From Halocafeteria seosinensis (lineage: Eukaryota): DNA of 52,871 bases. The notes beneath the pieces were generated by a model, which was given only the letters and a program-made list of their open reading frames with translations, did no database searches and was not told the origin of the DNA. The stretch lies in the NCBI GenBank assembly GCA_001687465.1, contig LVLI01000354.1, forward strand, positions 1 to 52,871, read 5' to 3'. A program made the position numbers and the translations under genes. This document shows positions 35,660 through 49,448 of this stretch, piece by piece (within the stretch, counting starts at the first letter, position 1; each line of letters begins with the position of its first letter).

Positions 35660-35940
35660 TACAACAATACTATTCTTTGGACGTGATACGGCCTGTTCGA
35701 CTATGCAAGAATATACTGAGCAAAAACTGTATGGTCATTTCGTCAATTCCTTCATTTTTCACAATAGTCTAAGCATTGCATGGAACTTGCCGTGCCGCAT
35801 CATAATGAATCGCATGGTTGTGTGCGAACTAATCCGTAACTGCTGCGTCGGCGGGCGCCCTCAAGAGTAGACTCATACAAGCGAACTCAGCAGCAGCAAC
35901 GCACATCTCGTTCTACAACAGTAGGAAAGTCACCACCTGG

Positions 35941-38900
35941 CTAGTAGTGTGGACTGTTTGCAGCAGGGGATTCTTCGGAAGGACATGGGATAGGGCTAGA
36001 TGTAACGCTCGTTTGAGATTGGTCACCAAATTGCGTAAGGTAGCTCGTATCATCGGTTACAAAATCGTCCTCCAGCTCAAGCTCCCCCGTAGCCATATTG
36101 ATTGTCCCGCGGCAAGCAGTGGAGCCACATTTGCAGGCCACTTTTCTTTCGTCCATTGGAAATTGGTAGTCATAAGTAAGTTCCTCCCCAGCCCGAATGT
36201 ATCTCGCAGAATATACGAAAACGCGGCGGCGATTTGAATGACTATCCGACAACAGTTCGCAATGTCTTCGAGAGAGCAACAAGCGAATTCCCTTAGGTAG
36301 TTCCTGTGAGCTGCGAGCATCTTTATCAACCAGCATCGTTTCTGCTAGATTTTGGGATTGCAACCACTCGTCTTCAACTCTTCTACAGAGTGGTAGCGTC
36401 CACTCGTCTCCTTCTTTGCTTGAAACTGTAATATGTTTGGAAGGTCGAGCTTGTTTCCGGCTAATACTTTGCTCCTCGGATGAACTCTCTTTAGAATTGT
36501 CGATATCTTTCTCCGAGTCGTCCATCTCTTTCTCTTGTTGTTGCTGCTGCTCCGGGAGAGTAGCAACAGCATAGCAGTTGGGATCGCAGCTATGGTTTAT
36601 GTAGCGAGCTCTACTCCCCAACACGGAGGCATCAATCACCTCATCAGTGCCTGCACAATGTATGAGCATTTTGTACGTTGAATGCGCTACAGAAAAACTA
36701 ATCATACTTACCAATGCGGAACATATAGTCGGCAATACCCAGCTTGTCATACAGCACTTCGCGGAGCTCACACACCCCATTCCCGATAATTTCTCCTGTT
36801 CAGTTGAAGACAGTAAAAACAGCCATTGCGATAAACAGACCAGAGGGAATTCCATAATACAGGGAATACATACCAACATATTCAGCAAGAACATCGTCAG
36901 CATCAACGTCCTGAGTCGCGTATAGTCCTGTTCTGTCTATCGAACTACACCCAAGTCTTAGCCTCGCGAGGTTCCACTGAGCCCGCTCTGCCAACTTGTT
37001 CACTGGTACTACTGCCGACTTATTAGGCTCCCATTTAGGTGCTTCAGCGCTTTGCCCATAGTAAGTCGCCAAAATGTTCAGATGCTGCAAAGGATCGAAT
37101 GGGTCCTTGGTAGAAGAGTCGTCTGCTTGCGACGGCGTCTCGACTAGCGTTACGGAAGACTGGAAGCGGTCGGCACCATTCGTTACTTCCTCAATAGGCT
37201 TGGGGGACTTATAGGGGCCATTCGACGTGAATACATTGGCTGCCCCACTTCTCAGGTTCCGCAAAAGTTCTTCGCGTTTACTCCATATAGACGCTTTTTC
37301 TATTCGTGCGGATCCCGTGCTAGGGCACCCAAGCAACGAACTGCTGGAAACAAGTTTCTTCCACACTCGAAGAACACCATAAAGCAGAGACGAAACGTCA
37401 GAGAATCGTTGGTAGTCTTCATTGCACTGTTGTTCAACGGCCTTTAAAGCCCAGTAAGTGTAGAACGCATCTTCGTTTGCCGGCGTCATCCCTATCTGTC
37501 TATATGTTGAACTGTTAAAATTACGAACCGGCAAGCCTTCGTCGGGGAAGGTCGGGGACTGAAACTCTTGGTCAATTTTGCCAATATAGTTAGGTAGAAT
37601 ATTAACAGTATCACCACGACTAGCCGGTGAGGCTTCACTCGGGCCCCCAATCGGGTAGCACACACTTGAACCTATGGGGAGGCAATAAAGCGCATCCCGC
37701 AAGCTCATACAAAAGCTCTGAAGAAAGCTGAACGGGGACACTCGTAACGCAGCCGATTTGGCGTGCTCCGAAGCAGTTTCATGTTTCTTCATTTCGGGAA
37801 TTTGGTAGGCATTCCAGGGATCTACATCTGCCTTCTGGAAGAGCGACAGCATAGCGGAGCCATTCCACATAGGAATATCGGAAGATCGACGCTCTCCATC
37901 CAATGTGCTCAAACCATTATTCAGACGAAGATGGTCTACAAAGTCGTTTGCTGGTACATCTGCTTTTATGGGGGCCTGCTGCTTCCAAAGCACCAACCAT
38001 AAGTTGTATCGACCCCTTGCACGTTTGACTACCAGGGCGGCGGCCTCTATTGGACTCATAATCCTGCCATCACTCATTCGTCTGCAGACACTATGCTGGA
38101 ATTTACACTGATGATCGTGCCCAAAGCGACAGGCATAACACTGTGTTGGATCCCCAAAGAATATTCCTTCTACTGTGACAGAATCGCGCTTCAGTGGTTC
38201 ACTTGGAAAAAGAGCATTCTCCATTGCGACAGTGTCAGCGGTCTGATGAGCAATATTTTTCCAGTAGGTATCCTGAGGGCCTGCGTCGCGCAAAGGGCGC
38301 CCGCCATCCATTTTTCGGGATTTGCTGTTGTGAACACCAGCACCATTAGAGTTAGTTTGCCCTGCAGAACGATGTCGTTTATTTTGACCCGAGGACTGTT
38401 CGTGTCCATCCCGATTAAACCTAAATGCTGATGCATAAGCCGTGGTATATATACGACAAAAGCTGCTGGCTGATGTTCCTCCACGCCAAGACGGTACTCT
38501 GAAAGCAGATACAAAGTCGTCTTGAACCGATCCAAATCTGAGTACAGAACCAATCTTCGCTTTCCTTAGTACACTATCCGTCTCAGAAGCACTGGACTCC
38601 TGGCATAAACTAAGTGCACTAGGGAAGGGCCAGAAGGCCTGCGGGTTTATCATCGCTTCAAAGAGGCCTTCCTTAACATCTTGGATCGAGGTTTCTACTT
38701 CGTCTAGCACTACAGCTGTGCTCACCCATTCGACCACGGCTAGGATACTTGCAATAGGCCCGGTACTTGGAATATCAGCAAGAGCCCCACGGAAATCGGC
38801 GTTATGCTGCGGGCTGCTCTCGTTTACTTGTGTGTCCGAAGAGGCGGGCACCGGTAATGTGTTAAGGACCCGTGCCCACTCCACTTTGGGAAGAGAAAAG

Positions 38901-41900
38901 GGATAGAGAGTCTGTCGTAAGTACTTGGGCAAATAATCGTACCTGGAACATCGGACGCTTTCCATTTCTGGAGCTGAAATATTACTACACAATACTTTCG
39001 AACCATCATTGACCTCGTATGCATCAAAAGAAGTATCTCCGCCGTTTAGCTGCAACAGGTTCTGTAGGATTTCTTCCGACAGTTGAACTACGTTGCCTGC
39101 CTCTCGGCAACTCTCTTCCACAAGCTTTGACCGCGCGTCTTCCGATATCTTTTCGGGATTCACAAATGCATTTAGAGCGTCATGAGTGTACCTGCTTCTT
39201 GCTTTTGCGGCCTGGTTGGCTAATTTTACTTTCTCATGAACTTGTCGCAGACAACTGATACTTAAAAGACCGCTACCACCATTTATCAACGGGGCGGCGT
39301 CACGCAGAGCGCCAGTCTCTTGTTGACTTACAATGGACTGTCGAAATTCTGCAATGTTGGCAAGGCGGCCTTGCGCGCACGTATTGTAAAACCCCAACTC
39401 GTCCGCGATGCCCGCGTTACCATCTTCACATTCCAGGTCCCATCGGACAAGAGCCCCACCTCGTCGTCTGCGCTTTTCTTGTAAAACTTCATCCCACTTC
39501 CTTTGCGCTGCAGTAGTAGCCTCTTCACTGGACCGACAACCTGGATGCAGAGCAAGGAAGCCTTCGTGCAAGCCTGCGTCAAGATCCGCCCAGATTTCGG
39601 CGTCGTCTTCACCCGAAAGAATACTCCCGCAAAGTCCAGGAAACACAACAGACAGTAGATCCTCTTCAAAAGCAGATTGATTGATAGGGTCCATGTTGAC
39701 AGCGGTGTTTGCTTTGTGAGCATCCTGCCTCTGCTGCCACATTTTATAGTTAAACGCAGAAGTACATGCCCGTGATGCAATAGCCCTCGCCTTCGACGAG
39801 CTCATTCCGTGGTCCGCTAACAAACTGTGCAGAAGCCAATCTACAGGTTCCGGTTCTGATTCGGCTTGACCAGGGGGACTATCCACGCTTTTACTTGTCA
39901 CTTGAGCATCAGCACCCTCCCCTCGAACCGGTAATTCCATCATTTCGTCGTCATCTTGGATGCTTCGTTGAACTAAAGCAGGGTCGAGAACAGCTTGCCT
40001 GAAACATTTTCTCAGCGGTTTTCGACTTTCGTTTGGACGTTCACCCGAAGGCTTGTCGTCCTTGGTAGCGGGCAAACCATCGACTCGGCGCAGAGCTGAT
40101 GCTCGCTCGCGGTGGTTCTCGAAGGTAGCAATATTCAATGCGTCCTCAAAATGAAGAGTTCTTCCACGGAATGTCTCGTTTCCAGCGGATCCATCCGCTG
40201 CGCCTACAGACCCTTTCGCCGCAGAAGATTCCAGCTCCACAGATGGGAGCGCAAACCTCTCCTTGACAAGCTGTCGCATTGCTTTTCGGTCGCGTTCGAC
40301 ATCCCTATGAACCTTTTTGTTGCCCTCATTTTCTTTGGCTGACTTTTGTGGCGGTTGAGAAGGAGGGGTTTTCTCATTTTGCACCTTGTTAGACGAGTTG
40401 TCTGCGACTGATCCAAAGTTGTCAACAAAAAGGTCGGAGCCACCAGTGATTGCTCTAATCTTCTTCTCATTGTCGCAGTAAAGCATCATGGCTAATGCGG
40501 CGCCGCTAGCGTAGGGTGCCCACGGAATTCTAGGCTTGGGCTCAACTCCAAAATGGAAGCATAAATACAGAGGCGGCGCGGAGCCTCCGCATTTGTATTC
40601 ACAAGGATTTAATTTAGGACAAGCAACTATCTGGGATTTTACTCGATTCATCGTGGCATTATCAAGCATGCCTTGTGTGATATCGCACTTTTTCTTTACA
40701 GTCAAGTTGCACCTGGCGAGCAAGCTCACCATATCTTTGCCCAAGGACGCCTGGAGTTCGGAGGCTTGCTGACGGAGGTCATTTCCCTCGCAAAATATTT
40801 GTGACATTCCTATGATCCAATTATATAAGCTTTGCAAAAGCGACCGGTAAAATCCATCTCGGACTACTCTGGCAGCCCTCCAAGGAAAGGAGCCGCGCTC
40901 GTATAAGATATCTGCATTAGCGACAATCTGGTGAAACGTTTTCACTATTCGACACAAACTGGAAATATCTCGTTTCCCTCCTTCCCACAGACGTACTCCA
41001 CGAAGGACATTGCTTGGATCAGTTTCAATAAAGGAAAACGGACTCCGCCGTTTGCTTTGGGGGTTCGGAGCATGCCCCTCTTCTATTGAGTCTTCATCAC
41101 TGGTATCTGTACTGTCGCTGTGCTCCCCCGTATTGGGGGCACGCGAGGGTTCGACGATACGAGCAGTTGTTTGAGGAATCGATTCTTCGGGATCTAAACT
41201 CTTCCGCAGTATGCTCATGCATGCACCTTGCTGCTTTTCCCGCGATACAAAAGCTTCCTGTGTACCTTTATATACTAAACTACAAGTTCTTGCCAAGGCG
41301 CTGTAAGTATTTCGGAGTGATATCCGTCCAATCTTTGCATTGAGCCAACACTCCTCCCGTAAATCGGATTCCTCCGCAACAAATCCATCTCGCTCCGTAT
41401 ACACGGCAGTCGTGTCGATCCCGTTCTCCAAGTTTCCTTCAAGCTCGTCACGCACCTGTCTACGAACATATTCTCCTTCGTTCAGCGTGTTGTCATAGTG
41501 AGGAAACTTGTCTTCGGCAGGTGCATCTAAGAACAATTTTACTGCACGAACTCTTCGTTGGGGCCCCTCAAACGGAGAGTTAACGGCGCTTTCTGTGGAT
41601 ACTTCCGCGTAGCAAGCCTGGAACATTGCATCGAAGACAAACTGAGCGCTCTCTGGGCGTGACAGTACAACTGGCATCCGAATACACTGGTCGATTGCCT
41701 CACTATCCTTATTGTCCTCGTCATCGTCTTTCAAACCCATAAGAAGTAGTAGAAGTTTCTCCAAATGTTCCACAGGAGCATCAGCGGCAGGACTGCGATT
41801 TGCAACTGCCATGCGCAGTTCAACTGGCACCCTGTTATCGACGATCTCTAGTTGGCGGGCCCAGAGGGGACTCATTCTGTATCCGTGTAGTTCAAGAAAT

Positions 41901-43510
41901 GTTTGCGGAGAAGTTACAGACCCGGCATCAGTGGCAACTGTCCCACTATCACAACGATCCTGATACTGCATGCACAACAAGCTAGCATGGAGCTTCACCA
42001 GTCGTGCCATGCAGGCCCTGAGCCAGGTCCCGCATTTGCTTTTGAGGCGCAGCCACTGATGAGGAGTAACATCTCTCACCACGCGCTCACGACTCTCCCG
42101 TAAATACACCCCCGCAAGAGCATTTTGGGGAGACGGCGCTGGCTCTCGTGACGGAACAGCTCCCGCTACCCAGCTTCTAACAACCTTGGCCTGCACAGTG
42201 ACGATGTCCACAAATGATGTCCATGGCTCTACATACGGAACGCTCGGATCCTTCTTAGGTGACCTATCACATGAAGCGTGGACTACCGTACGAGTGCGTG
42301 AGCACTCCAGTCGGTCCGGATCTTGCGGGGACACTGTCTTACCGCAAATTTCACAAATCTGTTGGCTTCGCTCTAAATCCCTAAGAGCCCGGGACGGCGA
42401 ATGGCAACGCGGTGGATATGGCTTTACTTTATCCTTGTTTATAAGACCGTACGATTTCGACGTCCGAGCATCTGTTTTGGACTTGTTTAGGTACATAATT
42501 CCCCCTTTGGCGCCCACCATCGCGGGGGCAGTCTCAGTTGTAGTTGCTTCCGGGTAGCAACTAACTTTCTTCAGTTCTTGTAGCTTTTGCCACGTGTGCC
42601 TGAGATGTAGCGTATGGGGTTCAGGCCTTTCCCTGACACTAGAATAATACGAGTAAGAAGGTTCATCAATATCCCCGCTACCATATCCCATTTGAGAAGG
42701 TTTCTTTCTTTTTCGAGGTGGTAACTTCTTTTCCACTGTCTCCGAAACTCCACTGGAAACAGCGGGGGTCGACTTTGGCTTACGTTGTTTCGGAGTACTC
42801 CATCCTTTCTTTGACTTCCGTTTTCCACCTGAAGATTGGGATTTGTTTGAGTTTGTTTTGGGGAGGATAGCCGAAAACGATTTGGCTTGGGGGTGTGCGG
42901 TTTGTTTGTTCATCACTGGCAAGGAATCCGTCGGGGCCGGAAGTACTGGAATTTCTCCTTTCAGAGCCTTCTCCGACACCCGCGGGAAGTTAAAATGGTA
43001 TTCCGGAGAGCTTAATAGAGTCCCTTGAGCCCAAGCACGATTTTCAGTCGAAATGGCTACACTTCCAGCTTCACATGCCCGTAGCACCTTGATGATCGTA
43101 TAGTCACAGGCCCACGCCGCACTTGCAAAGGTGGCCAAGTGGCCTACTTGATACAGACGACGCTCTTGAGCGAAAGCAATCCTCGGACGAGCATGATAAG
43201 GCAATCTTTCCCCCGATTTCACCGAAACACCCCGCGTCGTAGCCCCCTGTTCACTCGTTGGAGGCACGAATCCAACGGTGTTTTCAGGGAATTCCTTCGA
43301 CAAATCACCCTCCTTAGACCAATCTACGTCCTTATGCTGCGGACGCACGGTATTGGTGGCTAAATCGAGCACAAAAAACGTCGTTAAATGCCCGGCTGGA
43401 GCCTCGGAGGCCGCCTGGGGCAGTCGTTTATCGTACTCATATCTAAATTCCTTGGTACTCCCAGCCGGTGACGGCACCACCGGTGGATCAGGCATTGTCT
43501 TCTCGCTCAT
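35941..43510 (-). CDS. Trithorax/SET1-like histone-lysine N-methyltransferase (about 2480 aa) with AP2-like, degenerate PHD and bromodomain-like segments
   Basis: Exons 43510-36874, 36795-36712 and 36650-35941 join to give SSIDRTGLYA..AEYVG|EIIG..RE..Y..YMFRIG|TDEVIDA..ARYINHSCDPNC..[insert]..GEELTYDY and the post-SET CKCGSTACRG. The YMFRI / D..VIDA pattern is typical of SET1/Trx H3K4 enzymes. Confidence 0.85.
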
Positions 43511-44536
43511 CCCATGAGCCAGTTGTCGGTATTAGGGCACTACAAACAGGTGAAAAATCAATCTGAACTCGGACAGGAATCCAACCCGTGAGCAACGCGA
43601 CAATCTTTCCTTCTACCTAGATATGGAATGGAATTCTTCCGCATCCCGGCATCCGGTCCCGATGAGAATGAGATAGATAGAAAACTTTTTGGAGAGGGAG
43701 TGTGAGTCTGGGCCCACTGATGATGCCGTTATATGTTATGGTGGTACTGTTTATGCATCGTTGCAGATTAGCGATGAGCACCTGGCCTGGAGTACAACTG
43801 GTGACTTGGAAGGGTACAACGTACACGTTGTGTATTCCCGCGTTGGCAACGATACGTAGGTATACGCCGAGGGTCTACGTGTAGCTGTTATCGCTGCTTA
43901 AGAAGCAAGAGCACCCCAAATAAAGCAAAGAGATTCGCTGTATCAATAGGTCTCCTCAAATTCACTGAGTAGCCATAGCCCAAATTCAAATTCCAGAGCT
44001 TCGTGTGCCAACTGTAGCACATTATTTCGCTGCTCCTTTACTCGTTTCTGTATAATCTTTTCGTACTTTTTTCAAACTCCTCACTGACGGCTCTTCCTAG
44101 CATTTGTGCGGCTGCTTTTGCATACCCTCTTTAGAGATGCTCTATCCGCTGCGGTAGCCTCCGCAGGCCCGCAGGCGAAGCGAATTCACTAGCTGGCTGA
44201 TTGAGATCATTTACAGAATCTTATTTAGGGTGGGGTAGACACCACTGACAAACAGTAAATGCATTCCCCCCCCCAATCCACTGCACAGCGTGATCAAAAA
44301 AATTACCGTTGGATACTATCGTTCTGCAACTGCTCGATCATGGTCGATGACGTGCGTAGTATGAAATCAAACAGCATTTTAGTAAGCAATCCTGTTCACG
44401 GATTGTACACAATTTGGTTCGTGGAGGCAGAGGCTGCACTGACGTGTCGTCTGTACTATGCGAAAGCGTTCATCACATGCTTTCGGTGTGCATCTCAAGC
44501 GTGCATCCAGCAATACAGTCATCGCTTAAATGAAGC

Positions 44537-46567
44537 TTATTCAAAAGCTTCTAAGTCGCGATCAATCTGTCTAAGTTCCTCCGCTAGCTGCGATGGTCTT
44601 CCGCAGCAAAACGCGCATGCTTCGCGAAAGTAGTCCCGCCCCCTACGTCTACATCGCGTGCGGAGACCGAGACAGCATACAGCCGAGCCAACAATCCCAA
44701 TTAGCCCCGTAAGAATGAAGCTAGGCGAAAGCAATTGCGTAGCTGTACTGTCGGTGACAGACTTTCTATCTGTTTTTAAACTGAACAAGACCGTTTGGCC
44801 AACGAGTAAACCAGCAACAACCATCAAAGATAGTCCACCAGCAACCGTCCGCTGTCATGTATAGACAACTTATTGATAATATTCATTCATAATGTGACAT
44901 ACTTTCGCTAGGACCTACCAAATAGAGATTGTCCACTTCTTCCTCGTCCTCTAACATCGCAAACACAACAGCCGCCAACCCGAGCATCGCCGCAACAAGA
45001 CCCAAGCTGGAGTTCATAGCATAAAGTAAATCGCTTCGTCAGCTACTATAGTCAACAACATCACGTACAAAATACCGATGTTAAAGGGAAGAAATGCTTG
45101 CCAGAGAGGAAGAGAACTTAGTTCGTCAAGATGCAGTCCGACAAGTAGAATTGTCAATATCGCCGGGAGACTTTGAATCTGTGGCTCGAAACGAGCAATA
45201 AACAATCTTTTTGTTGGATGATCGTCGAAGCACATATTTAGAGGCCTTACCACCACCCCTAGAACCGCGAGGCGAGAAGCAACTTCGTTTGGAAGAAGCC
45301 CGAATGTTGACGGTATCACAGCGAGGGTCAATACTTCCAGAGGGATGAACACCTCACTCCACAAGATGTCCATTTCGGTCGATACCTTTAATGACAGGAG
45401 GACAATAAACCCAAGCAAGGCGATAAAGGACACACAAAAGCCAGCTGTTAACCACCGACTTTTCGATTGGAAACAGTGTACCAACCGGTAGCAGAGTGAC
45501 TCGGTCTCCATCTGTAAGCATGCCCTCTGTGTGTCATCATCCCAAAGACCTATCATTATAAGACGCGTGAAGACACAGTGACGACGGTAGGCTGGAATTG
45601 CGTGGAATTCCACAACTGTTACCTGAGTGAACGAGGTGAGAACCAGTGCTACACCCAGTTGCAGTGGTAACAAGACGACGGTCCACGACACACAGTCATA
45701 CTGGAGTTTGAGCGCCGTCAAAAGAACTGCAGTAAAGGTGGCCCATGAAACAACACAGGGGCTACACCCAAACAGATGAACATCGGAGACGAAGCGAAGA
45801 GTTGTCCAGAGGAATATATTCCTCCTTGTTCGTTCCAGTCGTCTACGCTCACGTCGACGGCGAAGTCGTGACGTTGCAATCGTCCTGTATCGACTCTTGC
45901 ATTCTTCTCTAAAGTCTCTGCCATACAGAGTCTGTGTTTGGGACATTGACTTCACACTCGTCTGATGCAGAAGTCAAGGTGCGAAAGCACTAGCTTACCT
46001 GATCTGTAGTGCACCCATCCTGGCAATCCTGCGGGAAAGAAACCAAAAGTAAATATCAATACACACACGCCCACAAAGTCAATACAGCAAAGGTGGTGGT
46101 ACCTGTTCTCCAACCTCGATAGCTACACTATCCTGCTCGCCAAATGCCGTGACGAAGTCCCTGTTGAAAATTTCTCTCCACAGTTTCTGGTCCAGGCCTA
46201 CCGTCGAACGCAAAAGCTTGTTAACACAACTGAGATGTAATATATCATCTACCATGAGAAACGATGCAATATGAATCAATAACACCGGTGGGAAATCCAT
46301 GAGGTGCGTAGGGGTTTTCGCTGCTCCATAGTTCCGTTGAGTCGTAGAGTTGCCTTCCACATTTATGGAGCGAGGTCCGAGGGATCGAACGAGAGCAGCA
46401 CAGCATCGCGCATTATGTATCGACCGCCGCTGACCGAAAATAGCCGCAGCAGGAGACTCATACTCGGGAGCATGAGCTTCCTGGCCTCCAGTCCTGCACG
46501 GCCGAAAATACGGAGAGACGTACACCTCGAAAGAATCGTAGCTGTGTCGGTCACGGCTCGCCTCCAT
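44537..46567 (-). CDS. F-box + TMEM185-like multi-pass membrane protein (paralogue A), spliced
   Basis: F-box LMDFPPVLLIHIASFLMVDDILHLSCVNKLLRSTVGLDQKLWREIFNRDF, then a basic linker, then repeated TM units LKLQ..SWTVVLLPL, LSLKV..WSEVFIPL and GLHLD..LWQAFLPF. Confidence 0.75.
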
Positions 46568-47255
46568 CGTCTTATAGAGGGAAAACTCTCATTACTTTCT
46601 CTGTATGGGAGCAACAGAGCCGACGGCCTCTAGCAAATGGGGAATGGCTTGACCAAGATGCAACTTCAACCTCCTTTTCCATGGCATGTCCCAGCAGATT
46701 ATTCCCACGACATTTTCAGGCGCATCCCATATTATTCTAGTAAGTAAAAGACCATCCAATCAAACAGCCTATATTCATCTTGTCTATCACTATAATGGCG
46801 TCTTCGACCGACCTTCAACTTCGGACTCTGTGAAGATGGACATTCGAGCCTTTATTGGCTCAATAAAAGGTTGTCTGGCACAGGTCTATGGAGATTTTGA
46901 CAAGTTACAGTATATTTCACAATGTTACCCTAGTGTTTCCTCGTTTTTATGCCTCCATGCCATGCTATAGTGTCAGCGAGAGGACCTTCACAATACGGTT
47001 GTGAAGTGGATCCCATGTCTATCATACAAGTAATGTATGGCCAGTATGGGTAGTACGGGGGCCGCTGCCACTTTGACACCTTAATAAGTATCATGACACC
47101 TCCCTTTGCTACAAATTCTGCACCTACAGATGCTGTTCTCAGAAGGTAATCTTCCATGCTAACCCTTCGAATATTGAAATTCATGAAACGCACTTTACAA
47201 TGATGATGGCGTCAATTAACATCCCATACGCGTTAGGTTGAATAGGCAACCTTCC

Positions 47256-49448
47256 CTATTCCACTGTCACATTGTCCAACACTTGATTATTTTCTCTGAT
47301 CTTCCGTCGAATCATAGTGCCTGGTGCAAGGTATTTGCAGAAGCCGTCGCTAAAGAAATTGTTGGTGTCATAATAGTCCGATGCGTAGACCGCTCCAAGG
47401 CCCCAGATCAATAAACAAAACAAACAGGAAACGATAAGCATAGGAACGAAAAGTTTCAAGTAATTTGCACCATCTAGCTTGTCTGTGTCACCAAAGACGA
47501 TGAACAGAATGGCCTGGGAGCCGAGAATGCCAATAACGATTGTAGCGATCAATCCTCCTAGCAAACCATATCCGACGGTTTCCTGTGTACACACATTGAA
47601 CGTCAAGTGACATGCTCGGCTGATTGAGTGCTTGCAAAAAGCTTACCCGTAGCGTGAACTCGTCATCCTCAAGACTATCCCGTATGGCCATCACTACACC
47701 TACTATTGCCCCTATCCAAATGAGACTGCACGAATGAAGTTGATAAAACACTTTACCAGTCACTTGCTAGAAACTATACCTTAACGACATACCCTAAGCT
47801 TAGTAAAATAGGCATGAAAACTTCCCACATAGCCAAACTAGCAAATCCATCGACCCTTAGTCCAAATAACAAGGTCGTCAGCATGATCGGTAAAAAGACC
47901 ATCTGCAGACACAAGGATAACATGAAGGGGATCCAAACAGCTAACGCACTTCAAATGGTGAAAGATACTTACGAAGGTACTTATTCCCATAATCGCAAGC
48001 GCTTCTTCCATGTCATCCGCATTAGCAGAAAAAATAACAGACGCAGGCATAAGGAGGATTGCTATTTCGAATGGTACCAGCACATGACTCCACGGTGTAT
48101 CAACAACATCTTCCAGCTTTAGAGAAAGCAAGACGACAAACAGAGTAAGACTGAGAAAAGACGCGAAAAAGCATCCTATTGCAACAGCCTTCGCTGGAGG
48201 ATCACAGCAATCGTCGTAATTAATATTTTCCAAAAATCCTCCGCACGGTGTCGCTTCAGATTCGATCACAAAATACTCCTCTACCGTTCTGTCAACCGGT
48301 GACAACGTTCTAGCCAGCACTGCCTGAGCCAGAGTTAGACAACTGAGTCCAATTAATATTTGTACAGGTAGGAGTACAGCCCACCAGCCAAACGCGCTAT
48401 CATCATTCAGCTTTACCCCCAGTAGAGCCAATGAAGATATCCCAAATGCTCCAAGAGCGAAGGGCAAGCATATAAAGTGCTGAAAATCTGCAATACAGCG
48501 GAAAATGGCGCAACAAACGTAGTTTCGCTTCCTGCTCTTCGCCTTCTGCCAAGCCTCATAAGCTTCAAGACGCTTCTTGTTGGTCCTTATAAAGTATAAT
48601 TTGTAGGTTTCCTCCAGTCGCTTAGCTGCTACGCTTTCCAAATCCTGCAGGAAATATCGTCGCTATGTAAACTACAGGTCACATTGCACTAAGACGCACG
48701 ACCGATTACTTACGCGAACTCGGTTAGCGGGTACTATCCTGAGCTGCTCAAAAGTGCTGGCTGTCCGAGGCAGCACGGGAACATTGTCTTTGCTCGGCAC
48801 TTCGGTACTGAAATCTCGGCATAACAAATCAATCCACAAAGACCTTCGCTTCACTGTAGACTCAAGCTTTCTGTTTACGCGCTTCACCGCTAGGACGTCT
48901 TGGATCGGTAAGTAGAGTAAAATTCTCTCCCACGCTTCTCCATCCAATTTCATCCAGACATCCGGCCCAGCTTTTCGCTGGGTCTGGATAGTATTCGAGT
49001 AGTAGGGCGTAACGGATCTCCTTCTCCGTAGTACCTTCGAGGAAGGTCGAGATGGATGAAGAAGTTTCGCAAATGCCTTCCGAACGCAACCCCGTGCAGG
49101 GTTTGTCTTAACCGAGGGGCCAGGCTCGGCCCAGTCCCTGATCGACACATTTGACACAAACGAGGGCGACCTAAAATCTACAGACCTTTGTAACGGATCT
49201 GGCAGAGGAGTTCTATCAAGAGAAGAAGCGGGAGTGTCGCGTCCGAATAAATTGGGGCGAGTGAGAGGTGGAGGCGGTGTGACAGTGGTCACCGTTTCAG
49301 TCCCATCTTCAGAAGTGTACATGGAGGAGACAGACCCGGAACTCGTAGCTGACTGGATCTCCGATTCCCGTTTCCCTTCGCTTTCACTCGTTTCTTCGGT
49401 TCCTGAACCTGAAGCAATGGAAAATCTCGAGCTCTGTTGGTCCGCCAT
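47256..49448 (-). CDS. F-box + TMEM185-like multi-pass membrane protein (paralogue B), spliced
   Basis: S/T/P-rich N-terminus, F-box WMKLDGEAWERILLYLPIQDVLAVKRVNRKLESTVKRRSLWIDLLCRDF, a basic linker, then TM units GVKLND..WWAVLLPV, LSLKLED..WSHVLVPF, GLRVDG..WEVFMPI and KLDG..LFVPM. Confidence 0.75.

Noticed and set aside
43940..44140. Possible small minus-strand coding fragment (YEKIIQKRVKEQRNNVLQLAHEALEFEFGLWLLSEFEETY)
   Set aside because: No clear start, splice model or family motif; cannot be supported.
46686..47193. ORFs between the two F-box genes
   Set aside because: Paralogue B already terminates at 47256; these ORFs have no motifs and are likely UTR or intergenic.
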